Virus record (IMG/VR): IMGVR_UViG_3300032770_000011
Span: 1 to 64,000 of that record
From: a virus
Direction: 5' to 3' (one strand)
DNA length: 64,000 nt
How positions within the stretch are numbered: the stretch's first letter is position 1; each line of letters begins with the position of its first letter. The notes under the pieces are model-generated. The model was not told the origin of the DNA and did no database searches. It was given only the letters and a program-made list of their open reading frames with translations. A program made the translations under genes and the position numbers. Shown in pieces: positions 60,915 to 64,000 of the stretch.

Positions 60915-63812
60915 CTACACACCATACTGTTCCGCCACAGAGCGAGTGTTATGCTGAAAGCGACTGTCCTCCAGATCCATTGCCGAACTCTCTTCGGCCA
61001 GTGTCAACAATCCATTCTCGCGAGCCCAGTTCAGAAATTGCGTAACGGTATCGTGAAGGTCATCATGGTCTGCTTTCGGAAAGGAGGCACTCTGCCCAAT
61101 TACCTGCTCTGCCCATTTGGTATTCGGAGCCCAGATAGCATCATCATTGAAAAGCGGCACGACCGAATGCGTGCGCGAAACCTTGTCACCCACCGGCTCC
61201 AACAACTCCACACCGAAGTTCTCACGGGTAAATAGCCGCTTGATCTCGTCAGCAACATCCTGCCCTCGCGTCTTATTCTCGATCAATAGCCGCCTCACCT
61301 TGTAGCGTTTGCAGGTATCCCCAACCAGTTCAATCAATCCGAAGGATTCGCGCTGACGAGCGTCGAAGTTCACCTTCGCTTCACCTGGGAAAGCTTCTAC
61401 AAGCCGCCCACGCAAGGGCAATCGCTTTGCCCACGCATACATCAGCATAGCGCGGCGGTTCTTGGCCTTGTCCAGCCAGATGCCCCAGACCGTCATGGCA
61501 TTGTAGTCATTCTCCTCCTTGCGGCCATAAGACGTATCGACAGAGCCAACTACGAGTTCGAAGTGCGGAAACTCTTTCCTTGCCGGACCCCACTCCAATC
61601 CATATTCCTGCGCAACTTCGCCATTCCAATTCAACCACCAGTCCCGCTTGATAATACCACCGCCCTTGGGTACAGGTTCCTGCTGGAGACGACCAGCTGC
61701 CATGTAGGTTCCGAGCCGCGACTTGATGCGGGCGACTTCGGCTTCCCCGAAGCGTTCCGGCCACATCAATTCGCCTTCTTCCTCGCGCGGATCTTCCCAA
61801 GGCTCATCGTCGTCATATTGCGGCAACTTGACGGTCACATTGTGACGAAGCGTATCATGCTCCATCGGAATCATCAAGTGCGTCCAGTCCTCGTCGTCGC
61901 TATCCAGAATAACGCCAGAGAGGTCACGCTCATGCAGGCGCTGCATGACGACGACGATGGCGGACCGCTTCGGATCATTAAGGCGAGTGCCGGACAACTC
62001 CTTCCACCAGCTTTCCACTTTATTGCGATCAGCGTCCGTTTCAACTACCTTCTCGGTTTCTGTGTTATGAGGATCGTCACAGTTATGAACTAAAATCCCC
62101 TCAGCAAAATAGTTGTGTCCCGGAGCTACCCGGAGGTTGTAAGTAGCTGCTTCGTACCCGGCTCTCTCAACAGAGCAGACAGTTTTTCTTTCCACATCGC
62201 GCGGGATTTTGGACCTCCATGCATACCCCCGTGGCACCGCCCGCAGAGAGTAATCAAGTTCATTGGATCCAAGTTCTGCCGATTGTAGTCGATGTGGTGA
62301 ACCTGAAACGCTTGTCTTCCGTACCGATGAATACGCCCACAAAGACGACAGTTGTGGTTGTCCCGAGCTCGAATCAAAGCCTTGAATTCCTTGTTCCAAG
62401 CCTTTGGATATGTCCGGAGTTGTTGCCCGTGAACGTAGTTGCTGTTCCCAGCCCCCTTCATGCGTTGTGAATGTAAATTGTCTGCACAGCGTCGAGAACA
62501 GCAAAGAGCTGTCCCGTGCTTTTGGCGCCAAGAAAAAGCTACATAACTTATCAAAAAGAACTCCGCACAAACCACGCATGTACAGAGTTTCTTTCGCTTG
62601 ATTTTGCGACGCCCTACTCCGCTGCATTCGTACGAGCAGTACTTCCCTCCACCTTTCTTTGCGAAGCCGCTCTTCACTGAAAACGGCGTCCCGCAAACTT
62701 TGCATGTACGTTGAACTCTGCCGCCCTGCCATGCAGGGTTGTTCTGACCTACAGAAGCTTGACCAAAACATTGGTGACTGCAAAACATTCCCTTTATATT
62801 CTTCAATGACCGCCTGTAATGTGCAGCGCATTTGTAGAACAGCTTGCCACATTCTTCGCAAGAAACAGTCTTTCCTTTCCTTAAAGGATTTTTTGCGCGC
62901 CATAGAGTGGAACACGCTTTGCTGCAACACTTTTGATGACTCGAAGGTTTTGTACGGAACGTTTTGCCGCACTCTGGGCAAACTACCCAACGTGATGGCC
63001 CAGACGCAATCCCCGACGGCGACTTCTTTTGCTTTAATGTATCCCCGCCCTTCAACGAAGACGAGGTGGTCTTCAGTGCATCGAAGACTGCCAGAATCCC
63101 AACAGATTCTGACGGTTTCTCTTCCTGGGTTTTTCTCGTATTTCTCAACATCTTGCCAAATAACAGAGCCTTGGTATTCGCCTGCAATCTTCACTGAAAG
63201 CTGTTGCTCTACAAGTTGACCAATCGGAAGCCAGCCCTGATTCGTTAATACCCGCTCTTTATACGGAAGGCAAATGACAATATCACCACCGAGGCCGAGC
63301 AAAGATCCACTAACTGATGTAGACTGTCTAGAACCACCTAGGGTGTTGTCAAACTTCGCTTTCGTGTTCTGATCTTCAGTCAATTCGAATTTGCCGCCCC
63401 AGTATTTCTGATACCAGGGACTCAACAATAACCGCCGCATCGTGTTCGCAGAGCTCATAGCGAGAACGCCATTGTAGCTGCCACAAAGGAACTTGACCTT
63501 CGAGCCTGACCAATAGGATTCTTCTGCCCGCGCCCACGTCCAGGCAGGCCAGCAGATAGACGCTACAGTCGTCTTGGAACAACGGGGAGGAACGTTGATG
63601 AGAAGACGAGGGATCTGCCCTAGGGTCACTGCTTCAAGGTGATCGCAGATTGCATCGATCGCCCAGCATTGCTGATAGATAGCACTGTCTATACTAGACC
63701 AGCCACCTTGGAGAAATTCGGAAAGACTGTTTTCGTAACACTCTTTGGCTTCAAGAGTATGATAGCGTTCTATTTTCTCCCGAAGGGCTGCGAGCTTCTC
63801 CGCGTCCGCCAT
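60915..63812 (-). CDS. terL: terminase large subunit containing an intein
   Basis: LLINVPPRCSKT, Walker B DIVI/CDDP, VVMQRLH..DL.G, LMWPERF, DTS, IENK..G, DK.SR, FP..DHDD..D. Confidence 0.92.
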   Translation of the reverse strand: MADAEKLAALREKIERYHTLEAKECYENSLSEFLQGGWSSIDSAIYQQCWAIDAICDHLEAVTLGQIPRLLINVPPRCSKTTVASICWPAWTWARAEESYWSGSKVKFLCGSYNGVLAMSSANTMRRLLLSPWYQKYWGGKFELTEDQNTKAKFDNTLGGSRQSTSVSGSLLGLGGDIVICLPYKERVLTNQGWLPIGQLVEQQLSVKIAGEYQGSVIWQDVEKYEKNPGRETVRICWDSGSLRCTEDHLVFVEGRGYIKAKEVAVGDCVWAITLGSLPRVRQNVPYKTFESSKVLQQSVFHSMARKKSFKERKDCFLRRMWQAVLQMRCTLQAVIEEYKGNVLQSPMFWSSFCRSEQPCMAGRQSSTYMQSLRDAVFSEERLRKERWREVLLVRMQRSRASQNQAKETLYMRGLCGVLFDKLCSFFLAPKARDSSLLFSTLCRQFTFTTHEGGWEQQLRSRATTPDISKGLEQGIQGFDSSSGQPQLSSLWAYSSVRKTSVSGSPHRLQSAELGSNELDYSLRAVPRGYAWRSKIPRDVERKTVCSVERAGYEAATYNLRVAPGHNYFAEGILVHNCDDPHNTETEKVVETDADRNKVESWWKELSGTRLNDPKRSAIVVVMQRLHERDLSGVILDSDDEDWTHLMIPMEHDTLRHNVTVKLPQYDDDEPWEDPREEEGELMWPERFGEAEVARIKSRLGTYMAAGRLQQEPVPKGGGIIKRDWWLNWNGEVAQEYGLEWGPARKEFPHFELVVGSVDTSYGRKEENDYNAMTVWGIWLDKAKNRRAMLMYAWAKRLPLRGRLVEAFPGEAKVNFDARQRESFGLIELVGDTCKRYKVRRLLIENKTRGQDVADEIKRLFTRENFGVELLEPVGDKVSRTHSVVPLFNDDAIWAPNTKWAEQVIGQSASFPKADHDDLHDTVTQFLNWARENGLLTLAEESSAMDLEDSRFQHNTRSVAEQYGV
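62082..63272 (-). mobile_element. intein (397 aa) in the TerL Walker B motif
   Basis: starts CLPYKERVLT; block B CTEDH; ends YNLRVAPGHNYFAEGILVHN followed by Cys. Confidence 0.9.
62126..63187 (-). CDS. Zn-finger-repeat HNH endonuclease overprinted in the +1 frame within the intein (start uncertain)
   Basis: four CxxC..F...(F/Y/C)CS..C repeats; IRARDNHNCRLCG...VHHIDYNRQN.DPMNLITLCGRCH. Confidence 0.8.
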   Translation of the reverse strand: MQANTKALLFGKMLRNTRKTQEEKPSESVGILAVFDALKTTSSSLKGGDTLKQKKSPSGIASGPSRWVVCPECGKTFRTKPSSHQKCCSKACSTLWRAKNPLRKGKTVSCEECGKLFYKCAAHYRRSLKNIKGMFCSHQCFGQASVGQNNPAWQGGRVQRTCKVCGTPFSVKSGFAKKGGGKYCSYECSGVGRRKIKRKKLCTCVVCAEFFLISYVAFSWRQKHGTALCCSRRCADNLHSQRMKGAGNSNYVHGQQLRTYPKAWNKEFKALIRARDNHNCRLCGRIHRYGRQAFQVHHIDYNRQNLDPMNLITLCGRCHGGMHGGPKSRAMWKEKLSALLREPGTKQLLTTSG

Positions 63813-63817
63813 GGCAT

Positions 63818-64000
63818 CTATGTACCAAGTAGCTTGATAGAGACGGCTTTGGGACCTTTGCCGGGTACTGCTACGGCATCGAATTCCAGCTTGTCGCCTG
63901 CCTTCACAGGCAGTGTTATGCCAGACCGACGCAATTCATTGGCATGAATGAACACATCAGAGGCGCCATTCTCTCGTCTACAGAAGCCGAAGCCCTTGTC
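63818..64000 (-). CDS. cold-shock domain protein (5' truncated by the window edge)
   Basis: DKGFGFC (RNP1), DVFIH (RNP2), KGPKAV; not in ORF track. Confidence 0.85.
   Translation of the reverse strand, partial: DKGFGFCRRENGASDVFIHANELRRSGITLPVKAGDKLEFDAVAVPGKGPKAVSIKLLGT

Overview
This window is most of a tailed dsDNA phage genome, probably a podovirus-like phage of an alphaproteobacterial (Rhizobiales-like) host, judged from a GcrA homologue and Rhizobiales-type small proteins. Positions 1-8.7 kb (+ strand) hold a promoter/repeat region, many small early genes, a RuvC-like resolvase and an SbcD/SbcC (Mre11/Rad50) pair. Positions 8.7-64 kb (- strand) hold a Csp protein, an intein-containing terminase large subunit, portal, GroES, GcrA, a probable scaffold, a TnpB pseudogene, major capsid, tail/adaptor/fibre genes, a GH108 endolysin, two giant ejection-type proteins and lysis/membrane genes. 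The top observation is a solo Cas7/RAMP-like gene (4977-5582) with no CRISPR array or other cas gene. It is accompanied by two short non-coding arrays with 5-nt periodicity (GGY plus a variable dinucleotide; 3430-3521 and 4868-4961), each closed by a hairpin. This is a candidate RNA-guided system with a non-contiguous guide code, VIPR-like as I recall that description. Other notable items are an HNH gene overprinted in the +1 frame inside the TerL intein, a Tat-signal mini-paralogue of the tail nozzle, many signal peptides on virion-module proteins, a repeated-hairpin leader before the capsid operon, and a HiPIP-like Fe-S motif ending the 1970-aa protein. All calls come from reading the sequence and recognising motifs; no searches were run.
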